Positions 25,430 through 37,339 of a stretch of 64,000 bases of DNA are shown piece after piece (the stretch's first letter is position 1; every line of letters begins with the position of its first letter). The DNA comes from Epiperipatus broadwayi (Eukaryota > Animalia > Onychophora). A model generated the notes under the pieces. It was not told the origin of the DNA, made no database searches, and saw nothing but the letters and a program-made list of their open reading frames with translations. The stretch is taken from the NCBI GenBank assembly GCA_028023455.1, contig JAQFVV010000007.1, forward strand, positions 20,088,001-20,152,000, given 5' to 3'. A program made the position numbers and the translations under genes.

Positions 25430-27780
25430 ATAGATCAATATCCCCATTACAGACAGATATTATGCCTCAGCCATTCTATTTGTACTTTTCATCAATGATG
25501 GAAATTCTTGCAGAAGTGTGCACAGTTCCACACAATTCCCAGTTGTTGTAGAATTAAAAATAATTGCTCAATATACAACCACCATAATATTAACACACAA
25601 CTTGATCATCAAGGGATGCCAGAATGTATTGAAACAAGAATGAAAATGCCTTTGTAGAATGATTGCAAATATGACACTCCAACAATATGTTATTTACAAA
25701 TACAATAACTTGGCAGCCAAATTACTTCATAAATTTGAGCATAAATTTGCTTTCTTAGCCAATAAACAAAAGATCAACACTGCTGCAACAAAAAAGTGAC
25801 TTTTGTCAATCTCACTAATAAAGTTCAACCCTCTGATATTAGTACTGTATTGAAACTTGGACAGAGATTTGTGGGTAATGGCAGTTGTAGCAGATATAGA
25901 AGCTGCCATGATTAATAATCCATACAGAGACAATTTCATCATTCAAATTGCTAAAGCAATCTGGTACAAACCACTGAATACAACTTTGAATGACTGGAAT
26001 GTAAAAATTAGAAAGACAAAACAATTTCTGGCTGATAACACAATCACATATATGAAAGAGTAGAAGGGAAATAGATTTGTTCTTATGGATAAAAGTGAAT
26101 ACATAAATTAAATTAATCTTCAAATCAACAAATTAAAATTTGAGGCAGTTGCTAGCTTTAATAACAAGTTGAACAGAGAGAAATTTATTTCTTCTGTGCT
26201 TTGTGTTCACTGTAATAAGACATTTTCAAAAGTGGATTATTATCACATGTACCCCTCCTCCTCAATACCCCATAGAATGTTTGCAAATGTCAAATTACAT
26301 AAACCAAATGCTCCTCTTAGGCTCATGTTGGATTTTGATAGTTTACATTATTTTAATAGTGCAAAAATGATAAATCAGTGGCTTATTGATAATGTAGGAT
26401 TTGGTTCTTATACTATTAAATCCTCATTTGATTTTGTCACTCAAATTAAGAGCACTGCTTTGAAACCTGATTTTAAAATTGCATAGCTTGACATAACTGA
26501 GTTATATTGTTCTATTAATTGCAAACATTCAATTGATATCATCAATACTGAACTCATATATAATAATTGTACACAAATACACCTCAGTTTCATTATCAAT
26601 TTTCTAGCATGGCTGGATAATAATATTATGAAAATATTTGATGACAAATGGTTCCATATGAAAAATAGATGGCCTATGGGTCTTCCAATGAGTGGTATCA
26701 TTTCCAGAATTTTTCTTAACTACCACGAGAAGTAGATCCTGCCTAAATATTACACATATCAGTATCTTGCATATTATATACATGCTACATAGATAAATTG
26801 TTTATTGCTGCACCTGAGAATGTCACAATAAATATTCAAAATAACTTCCAAGAAAACACTTATTTAACATTAAATATTGCATGGGAAAACTTAAAACAAA
26901 AAGTTAGGTACCTGGGCATTTAAGTACAAAAAAACCATACACAACTCAATTACACCATGCAGATCCAACTTCTGGAGATATGAGGCTATATCTTACCAAA
27001 TTCAAACTCACCCACAGCATCTAAATTAGCAGGGCTTTCATCATTTTTTTAGAAACCACCACTTCTGTAAATTTGAATCTGACACAAAACTAATTACTTA
27101 AAAGATTTGACTAATGGAGGATTTAAATATGGAATTATTAATAAAAAAGTTAAATATTTTTATAATAGACTAAGAACTAACTGCATTAAAGATGATAAAC
27201 AATGGATGTTACTACCTTATACACCTTCTTTGTCCAAAAAGTTCTGCAAGACATTTGCTATTTCATTTAACCTAAGTTTTCATACACCACCAGAAACCAA
27301 TAGACTTTTCAATAATTCCAAAGATCAGATATCATCTTACCAAACGCCCAGGGCAGTTTATAAAGCAGTCTATTATGGCAAAATTCATGCCACTCTAGAC
27401 ACTAGAGTTTTGCAACATTATTATTTTATATAATAGAGCATGAATCAATTTTGAATGTAGCTTGATATTTTTACAGCACCAAAAGACACTAGCCATTCAT
27501 TTGAACCTGCATTGGCAAAAATACTTTGCATGGAGTGGAATGATGTAAAATGTAAGGTAAAAGACATGTGCTTTATAGCAGACAATATGCCACTACCATC
27601 AATCGGAAGGAATTCTGCTTTTCCATTTCTAAAAAATGGGCCATTTAAATACTTTGCATAAATTTGCATACACTAAGTTTATACATAACCTTTTATCAGC
27701 ACTTCCATCATGCGCTATGGATAAGAGAACTAGATGTTCCTGAAAGTGCTTAGCCTTTATATTTTGTTTATTATTATAGC
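25430..27780 (+). mobile_element. Penelope-like element, near full length, pseudogenised (RT + GIY-YIG)
   Basis: One frame with stops reads KGNRFVLMDKSEYINK, PHRMFANVKLHKPNAPLR, LDITELYCSI, WPMGLPMSG, ATYIDK (PLE RT motifs), then LLPYTPSLSKK..KDQISSYQTPRAVYK (GIY-YIG lead-in). Confidence 0.9.
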
Positions 27781-29327
27781 TTCACATTTTCTGCATTTTA
27801 GTGCAATATATACATTACTTTGTATATGTAAAGTGTAATTAACTATTTAGTTACATAACAATTATTAAAAAATAATATATTCATGGTTACACTTAGATAT
27901 TTTTTGATGATGTTTCATTTTTAAAAATACATGTTAAGAAAACTGAAGTAGCATTAAACCAGAAAATGATAAAATCATAGGTTCTAAATTTGTATGATAA
28001 TTTTAAAATATAAAGGCATTTTTCAATTTTAAAAAATAATTTCATATATTTTATTTGAATTTACATTTAGTAAATTCTAGACAATTTCACCAATGTCATT
28101 CATTCAGACATATCGTAAATAGTAATTTAAAATGAGTGGTCTATCCTCATGCTTTCCTTGCCAGTACTTCTGATTTGCTCATGTATAAGCATTTGAGTTG
28201 TAGGAATAAGTGGATTCATTTTATTTCTGCATTAATGCTATATCTTGTATTGGAAAGGAAAGTATTCATTTATTATTAACACTCACAAAAAGTGCATGCA
28301 CGATTAGCTTGAAAGGCTGATATTTGAATGTAATCATTCATGTTTATAAATAAAGTATTTTTTTTTATTTTATTTATTTATTTTACATGCATTCATTCAA
28401 CAAAGATTTCATTAATTTTTTTTTTAAAGTAATGTTAAAATACAGAATCAATAAAAATAAAGTCATTGTTTCCATTATGTATTTCATTTTTTACATTTTT
28501 TTTATATGTTTGGAACGTTCAAATATGAATTTTTAGAATTTTTTTTACTTGTAAATTTATATTTCTAATAAATCAAGCTCAATTTATTGATTCATGAGAT
28601 TAAGTAAAGATTTTAACATTAAAGTTAAAAGTTTGGCTATTAATTCATATTGTAACTAGACATATGTGGGAAAATGTTGAAATGTGAAATGGTTAATAAT
28701 ATATCTGTATAATGTTAGATTGAAATTAATTGTGTGTTTATGAACAATTTGTATCCTTATTGATGTAAGATATATATGAAAGTAATATAAATGTAGTATA
28801 GCTCTTGGGCAGTTAATGAAAAAAAATTATGTATTATAAAAATTATATTTCAATCTGGAGACAAAGTATTATTTTATAGAAAAATACTTTGAACAAGATT
28901 GAACAGATATTTTAGCCAAGATTGTATAAGGAAAAGATTTTTAATTCTGGATAAAATATTTAGCAAAAGTTATTGATATCTAAAGAATATGTTGGAAATA
29001 ATTAATACTTTATATATTGCAATACACAATGCATAAATCAATCTAATATATAGCTAATTAATTAATCAGTATGTTCACAATTATATCAAAAAAGGCATGT
29101 GATAACAGCATAGGGCAGAGTCTATTAGAAATTACACAACTTTAAAGGAATCATTTCATTTACTCTCTTTTTTAGTCTATTATATAAACTCTCATAAATT
29201 GCCTACTTTCCAATTTCCATCTAATTGAAACTCTGCATGCATTTGCATTTCTTGTGATTATATATATATTTTTAGAGCTTGCAAAACAATTTTAACATAA
29301 TTTAAATGTTTACTTTTTATGGGATGT

Positions 29328-32075
29328 GATGCATTATGGGTTCTCCTTTATTGGAGTCAGGAGTCTCTCAGCTACTATGACCAGAACACCTGTTAACCAC
29401 CTTACTTTCCCTTTAAATTCCCCACCCTGTTTTCCCCATATTCTTTTCTAACTTACTCCATCCCATTTCTACAACATTATCTTTGTCCACTCTATGACCT
29501 TTATATCTAGATCCTCCTTACCTTTGCCAAACCCAGAATATATACCAAGAACACACTTTATGTATAATCATTTTGTTTATATTTATTCTCTCACAACTTC
29601 ATTATTTATACCCTTTCTGTTGTAAGCATATACATTCAATTAACAGGTTGCTGAATATTTTCCATGCCTCCCTTACATAACTTGCAAAGTAAGTCAACCA
29701 CATTTTTCCATTGATGTGCATATTCCCTTGTTGCTAATGATCTTGTTCGAGCCTTAAACAGTAAACTACTTTCCTTGCTACTATCATAAATTAATTCATA
29801 CCCAATATTTTGTTTATTTTTATATACAACTAAACTCTTTTTACTCTCCATACTAGTTCTCCATCTCTCCAATTCCCTATCTTTTATTAACACATCTATT
29901 CTTCTATCCCACTTTTTTTCCACTAAAACACTCAACAATTCTCTAACACCTTATCCCACTATTTATATAAGTACCTTGACATAAATTCTTTATCCAAATC
30001 TTCTGCATACTATACTACCTCCCTCACCCATTTTGGGGTTTGTCCTTAACTCATAACCCAATTAAATACTATTTTGGTTATTCTCCTATTATCCATAAAT
30101 TGCAATCTCCAAACATTTTCATTTTGCTTTTTGCATCTTTCATATAAAAACTTCACCATTCCATTTCTCTCTTTATTGCTGCCTTTGCCATCCACACATC
30201 TGTGTCTAATGCATGTCTTTTTACTTCTCTTTGAACTTTTTTTTAAGTAATCTAACAATCCTTTACTAACACATAATGCATCATTATCATAATTTAACCC
30301 TACTACAGCCACCCTCTTCCACACAATTCTAGCTATATCATATCAGCTCTTTCTTTTCTTTGCTTCATTTATCAATTTTTTCACCTATTCATTCAAGAAA
30401 TTTCTGTTTACTTAAAATGATTCCCAAATAATTAGACCTATCCACCATATTTAATTTTATATCCCCAATAAAAAAAAATTTATCTTTCCCCAGTATTTAT
30501 CATCATTACTTTAGATTTCTCTGACTAAATTTAATCCCCATCTTTTTACTTATTTTTGCATATGTCTTAAGCATAACTTTCATATGTTCCCTACTTTCTG
30601 CATGCAAGAAGATATCTGCAAATAGAAGACCCAATAATGTATATACTCCTTTGCCACCTATTAACCATATCTCTACTACTCTTCTTACTCTTTCTATTGC
30701 TCTCTCAATTTCTCTCAAATATAAAAAATAGGTGACTTACAGTATCTTTGCCTTAGTCCCTCCCCATGTCTAACTTTAATATTTCTTAATTGATACATAT
30801 AATAATTATTTTCATACAATCTCTTAATAAGATTTACTAAAGCTCCATTCATTCCCAAATTTACTAAACTTACCCATAATCTCTTTTTATTTACTCTATC
30901 ATATGCCCTCTCTATAAGCTGAGTAATTAGAAATAAACTATCTCCTTTACACCTATCCAATCAAAAACCTTCTTGCATTTTTCCCACTATATTATTTTCT
31001 TCCATCCACTGTGTGATTTCGCAACCACCATATATGCAAAAACTTTATATAACACTGATGCTACTAACAGGCTATAATTGTTTAACTTTCTATGATTCTT
31101 AATTTTTCCTTTAAATAGTAACCTTACTCTTGTATTATTCTGTCCATCTCTGTATCATCTTATTAAAACATGATAATAGGTTTAATTTTGCCCTATTTCC
31201 TAAATTCATCATCATCTCTGCTGCCCATCTATATAAACCTCTTGCCTTGCCACTTTTCAATTTCTTCCCTGCCTCTTTAAATTCATTTTTTGTAAACCTA
31301 ATATTCCCATTACCATATGCTTTCATGTTTGTTAATATTCTGTCTTTCACATAATTTTCTATATTCCTTACATACATATCTAAAATTGTCTCCAATTCTT
31401 CTCTACAGCTATACTCTATTCCCTCATCATCTAATAATACTTCTCTCTTGCCTACATTCCTTTTATATATGTCCAATTTTTTTCACTCCCATCTCTTCCA
31501 CTTTTATTAATATCCTCCAACAATTTAGTATTTAATTTCATTCTCTCTATATATAATTATCTATTTTAACTGACTCCTTTTTTAAAATGCTTTTTCCATT
31601 TAACATTAACATCTTTTTCACTTTCCTTATTTTTAATAGCACACATATTTTCTGCATGCTTTTTTTTCTTTTTTACACTTTTATTAATTCTCACTTTTCT
31701 ATTCTTTTTATTTTTCTGAATATTCTCACCTAAAACTTTATTTGCAACTTTTTCTACTTCACCACACCAGCCCCTATATTTATCCCCAACCATCTCTTCT
31801 ATGATTTCTTCAACTTTTATTTCAGATTTTTCTAACTTATTATTATCATTCATTCTCCAACCATATCTTTCACTATCCTTTCTACTTTTATTAATACTCT
31901 TCATTACATTACTAAGCATTTCTATTATAAAGAAATTATTATCACTATCTAGTAGTATTAAACTGTCTCTAAACATTTTTTCTCCTGATTTCTGGGACAA
32001 TATAATATTCAAAAGTGCAAAATAAAAAAATTCGAAAAAAAAAATTAAAGAAATACTTCTACTCATAAACATGCA
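29328..32075 (-). mobile_element. Non-LTR retrotransposon, 5'-truncated at the end of the APE domain; RT + C-terminal CCHC knuckle; clade uncertain
   Basis: LDSDNNFFIIE (APE end), KKLKSGKARGLYRWAAEMM, RAYDRVNKKRLW, LLFADI (RT), LLFKARTRSLAT..CKLCKGGMENIQ (knuckle); (CATCA)-like tail near 29330. Confidence 0.88.
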
Positions 32076-32759
32076 TTAAAAAGAAACAAAAGCAGACATG
32101 CATAAAAAATAAAACATAAGCTTTTTTTGGTTTTTACAGTATTTTTAATTTTGTGTGACCAAAATAAAGGAATGAAAAACTCATGCTCAGAAATAGTCTA
32201 AGAATATTTCTAAACATGAATGCTATATATTTTTATTTTGGTCGCATAATATCAAGAATATTGTATGAAATTGAAAAAGAAAGATTCTACTTTTTGCATT
32301 TATGTGAATAAAAGCCATATCTTTGAAAAAAATATCTTTTATTTCTCTAATGTAGCAAATAAAGAATACTACCTAGGACAAAAAAAATATATTTTTTACA
32401 AATAAAAAGAAAATTACATTGATAGATAAGAAATGAAAGAATACAACAACTTTTTTATAATGTTTGTTAAACCATTTAAAGATTATAATTAACACTTAAA
32501 CTGTCTGGACTACATAGCTTTAATGATTAAAATCTTCATGCCTGGATACAGAGCTGCATAAAATGGCCAAATTCTTTTATTTAATGTGATAATTTAAGTA
32601 ATGACTTAATTTAATTTTAGATAAATTTGAAGAAAGTTTCTTAAAAAAGGGTATCACAAAGTTGATTTGCTTCACTATAAAAGAAACTATAAAATTAAAA
32701 ACTATCTAAAATGCTAAACATATCTGGAATATTAATAAGATCTCTTAAGATTAGCAAAT

Positions 32760-33870
32760 GATGTTAACTTACTAACAATTATAATTAGTGCATCTGGAGT
32801 GCTGTGATGGGTCTAATATATTTCAGCTTTAAATGATTCTTTTGGAGAGAACTTTAATATTATTTTGCCTATTTTACATTCATTTGATGTAAAATACTAG
32901 TTTTTTACTTCACCTTTGATTAGTAAATAGTTTAGATTGCACTTTACACAAAAAAGTGAAGCTTGTCTCAATCTTATTACAAGTTATATGGCTTAGCACT
33001 TTCAGAGACCTTGTGTCTCCATAATCATAGCCTACTTCAGCTTCACTTTTTTGCGTAAAGCGCAATCTAAACTATTCATTTGATGGTAAAATTTAAAACA
33101 AAAGTAAATATTGCTTTATTAGTTTAAAAAAAGTCTTAAGATGTCAGTAGTCTCCAGAGAAATATTACAAATAAGTCAACAAAAGTCTGAAAGATCACTG
33201 ATTAGTAGATTCTCTAATAATGAGTGTATAAACAAACTTATACACTCACCTTTCATTATTATTAGCTATTGGGGAAACAAATACATAATTTTATAATTTA
33301 TTTAAATATTTATAATCATTTTACACAATATTTATATAATAGTTATTAAAAAAGAAATATATTCATGTTTACACTTAGATTTTTTTTAAATATATTTCCT
33401 TTTTAAAAATATATGTTAAGAAATGTAAAGTAATAATAAGAAGGAACTATGATCATTACACTTTGTCAAACATCATAGTATTGTATGCTAATTTAATAAA
33501 TTTAAATTCAATTTTAAATTTTAAAATAGAATTTTATAGCTTTATGATCAGTTCACAATTATTCATTCATAATTAAATTATATATTTTATTCAACCAGGA
33601 TTTTATTAATTTACTTTTCTCAATTGCATTATGACAGTAGCTAGTAAAAAATATTATTATGTATTTCAAATTTATTACTATTATTATTATTAGATTTGGA
33701 AAGTTAAAATATGATTTTTTTAAATGTTTTTATTTGTAAACTTATATTTTAAAAAAATCAAGACCAATTCTGAAATTAAAATGTTGAACTATTGACTCAA
33801 ATTGCCACTGGCAGATAATAAAAAATGTTGGAATGTGAAACTATTAACTTGTTAACTGTCATATTCATTG
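32760..33870 (+). repeat. Old diverged duplicate of about 25030-25430 plus 27830-28700 (lacks the Penelope insertion)
   Basis: Collinear blocks 33118-33235 ~ 25183-25310, 33335-33432 ~ 27850-27950, 33655-33850 ~ 28470-28695; roughly 70-80% identity by eye. Confidence 0.75.
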
Positions 33871-34823
33871 AAAATCATTTGATATTTCCTCATAAAAAGT
33901 GTATTTTGTTCAGCTGTTGTGGAATACTGTTTTATCATTTTATAACTTGTTTTAGCTTATAATTTCTTATAATATAAATTTAGCTGCTTTGTTTTTGAAT
34001 TGAAAAAAGAGGTCAGTATCTTACAGACTGGAAGCAAATATCAATTGTTTTTCCTCTTTGGATCTGTAAGTAAAATTTATTATAAAAACATTTCTTCTTT
34101 CTTGGCAATGTTTTGTGTGAAACTTATTGCTAACATCACCTGTCAAAATTACCATGGTGTTATCTAATTGGTTCAAATATTTTTATAATTATAAAACAAA
34201 TATCAGATTTTAAAGTAAAATTTGTTAGACTTATTTTACATTTAATGATTCACATTTAAAAAGAAAACCTGAAGTAAAAAAAATTTTTTTCAGTCTTTGA
34301 AAGAAATGTTTAGACAAATGTAGTTGATACTGTTTATGGTCTGTTGTTCTTATTTATATACCAGTTTTTAAGTATGTAAAGAAGTCAAATGCAATTTTTT
34401 AGAATATTATTTATTTATAAAATTAAATTAGAAAAACATCAAATTGAATTTATTGAAATGTATAAAATAAAGATTTTATAAGAAAGTGAAAGGTTGAGCA
34501 TTTTTAAAAACTCTCACCAGGTGGAACAATAAAAAATGTCAAAATTTGAAAGAGTTGATAAAAAGAAATACTGTGAGATATTTAAGATAAATAATGATTT
34601 TGTAATTTCTTTTACTTGTGTAAGAAAGAAATTCAAATAGATTGTCAACAAATTGTGATGGAAAAACTTCTTTATTAAGTAAAATAATAAGGTGCAGAAA
34701 GATAAAGTAGCTTAATAAACATATCTACTACTTCAGTAGTGCCTTCCAGTGCATGCCATAGTAATCAATGGATGTTAGAAGGTTAGCACATTAAAATCAC
34801 TCCCTAGTACCTTTTCATCCAAT

Positions 34824-34864
34824 CCACAGAGTGAGTTCTGGTTTGTAGCCTTCATCAGTGAGAA
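34824..34864 (-). ncRNA. Decayed type I hammerhead (family B, left arm)
   Basis: Minus strand TTCTCA-CTGATGA-AGGC tacaa ACCA-GAA-CTCAC-TC-TGTGG. Confidence 0.55.
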
Positions 34865-35383
34865 ATATTGGATCTCAAAACACTGCATCTAGATCTTTGA
34901 ATCTAAAGCAACTCTCCAGCATAAAAAACATAGTAAAATTTTCAATCCAAGCTAATTCACTTGTGTAATCATACAGATCCAAATCTTGTTTAATATCTAT
35001 ACACTTTGGGATCTTTGGTTTTCTTAATAACTATAGTCATCATCATTTATTGGTCAGGATTGATTACTATGGCTTAAAATGTGGGGTTCTACTATATGGA
35101 GTGAGTTGTTACTGTTTTAACAGCTTACATAAATATAAAAAATAATAATCATGTGATATTTTAGTGATTTAATATCAACCCTGACCAAAACCACCAATCT
35201 GTATAAATACTGAACTGGTTTCAGGTCTGTGTGATTATACAAGTAAATGAGTTAGGATTAAAAATATCATTGTGTTTTGATTTTGGATTCACAGCTTTAT
35301 AGTTAACTAAAAATGTAAACGGTGATTGTTAGAAGGTTGCAATAGATCCAAAGATCTAAATGCAGTACTCCCATATCCAAGGT

Positions 35384-35425
35384 TTCTCACTGATGAAGGC
35401 TACAAGCTAGAAACTAGTCTGCATT
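35384..35425 (+). ncRNA. Type I hammerhead motif, core intact (family B, right arm)
   Basis: TTCTCA-CTGATGA-AGGC tacaa GCTA-GAAA-CTAGT-C-TGCA. Palindromic stem III, GUC site, stem I partly lost. Confidence 0.72.
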
Positions 35426-36615
35426 TATTTGATAGTTTTGCAATAGATAGGAATGTTGATGCACTAAGGCTTGCAGTAGATGGCAATACTGTATAAAGAG
35501 AATTGCTAATGTTTTAACAGCTTGTGTAAGCATAAGAAATGATGACCATAAGATATTTAATGGTTTAACACATCTATTATTAATATAATTATAAAAATAG
35601 CAAGCACAAAATATTGGTGGTGTAATAAAAAGCAAATGAATATAATTGCCAAGATCAAAATGCTTGAAACTAAATGCTATTAAAACTGAAGTTTTATATA
35701 TATATATTTATATATATATATATCAGGGATAAAGCATCCATGTATTGAACAGAATGAGTGCTTCCATAGAAAAAACTTTCAAAAACTTTCAAAAGCTTTA
35801 ATTGGAATTCAATTTAAAAAATTCACTTTCAATTTTTTTATCAACAGTTAAATTGTTTTTATGTATGGCAAAGAATGAATTTGACTAATGCATTCTTGGT
35901 TGGATATAAGAAATTCAAACAATTCTAAGATCTAATTTACCGTTAAAACCTTTTAGAATATTAAAAGCATTTGGAAGATAAAAATATATTGATAATGTAT
36001 TCTCTGATTTACAGATAAAAGAGTTTCAAATTTGTCTAGATGTGTGTAATATTAGGTGCTATTATGTAAAAATTGTTGTGGCAAGTGAAATAAAAACATT
36101 ATTAAAAGAAGATTATGTAGTGTTCTTCCATTCTTAAAAAAGTCACACTTTGTCACTGATATATATATATATATATGTGTGTGTGTGCGTGTGTGCGTGT
36201 GTGTTTAGCCTTGAACATTATTATTAATTAAGTAATACTTTGGGTGCAATTTGAAATTTATACTTGCAATTTGTAATGTTATAATTGACAATTTATTAGT
36301 CTGCATTCAGACAAGGTTTTATCTATCTGTTTGAATAAATTTATTTAACTTTTTGTATCAATAATTTCAATCTCTGTAGTTAAGTTGCAATTTTTAGTGT
36401 CTATATAAGTATATTAGATGGGATTCTATCTTTATTGTTAAAAGTGGTTGCCTTCACAATAGTTTAAAAGTGTTGATTATTATTGATATTGGTATTGTCT
36501 AAGTGTTGACTGATTTTTTAATGATATATATATATTATATTTAATGTTTTCACGGTTATATGATGTAGAAAAATTTATTTTTTGGGGCTGTACCATGTAT
36601 TATTTTGTATTAAAC

Positions 36616-36655
36616 ACCGATATTTCAACGGACTAGCATCAGCCATAATCAAGGT
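36616..36655 (-). ncRNA. Decayed type I hammerhead in the 3' pLTR
   Basis: Minus strand ACC-TTGATTA-T-GGCTGA tgctag TCCGTT-GAAA-TAT-C-GGT. Confidence 0.55.
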
Positions 36656-37299
36656 TAACTTTTAAAAGAAAAACTGTTAGATCTTAAATAATAACATGAC
36701 TGTGTGCAAGATGAGAAATGAGATTCCAGTTCAGCATTCACATTATGAGGCTTATCAAAATGTTTATTTCCCTCAATATTTTCACTTATTAATTTTAAGT
36801 TAATATTAGATAAAATGAGAGATTTCCACATAGCTGGAATACATTGTGCTTCATCAGCCCTATTTAAACCAATAGATCTTTTTAATATTTCAATTGATTC
36901 TCTCATGGTTCTTAAATCATATTTTTCTAAATTAGCAAGTATTTTTGTATTGCCAAAATCAGGTTTGTGACCAGTTTCTAAATAATGGGAAGAAAAACTG
37001 ATGTGCTAATTTTTTGATTAAAAGCATTTCTATGTTCTTTAATTCTGACAGTTATTCATCTATTAGACTGACACACATAGCCTCTTGAGCACTGAAAACA
37101 TGGAATTTCATAAACTCCTTGGTGTAAAAAATATTCTGTCTTTAGGTTTATACAAAAAATCACCAATTTTTTGGCCAGTAGAAAAAATAGTCTTTATATT
37201 AAAACAAGATAGTCTTCTACTGATTTTATCAGTAACCCATTTAATATAAGATAAAATTACTCTATTAATGTTATATAATGGTTTTTCTTTCAAAAGTTA

Positions 37300-37339
37300 A
37301 CCTTGATAATGGTAGATGCTAGTCTGTCAAAATATCAGT
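37300..37339 (+). ncRNA. Decayed type I hammerhead in the inverted pLTR
   Basis: ACC-TTGATAA-T-GGTAGA tgctag TCTGTC-AAAA-TAT-C-AGT. Confidence 0.55.

Larger units (their letters stand above)
34735..35490. mobile_element. Family B large palindrome: two divergent pLTR-like arms, each with an HHR
   Basis: 34824-35065 is the reverse complement of about 35170-35425. Outer ends 34735-34760 and 35462-35490 are also inverted. Confidence 0.8.

Noticed and set aside
27697-27750. HHR in the 3' pLTR of the long Penelope
   Set aside because: Only a stem I-like AGCACTT/AAGTGCT is visible; the core is unreadable.
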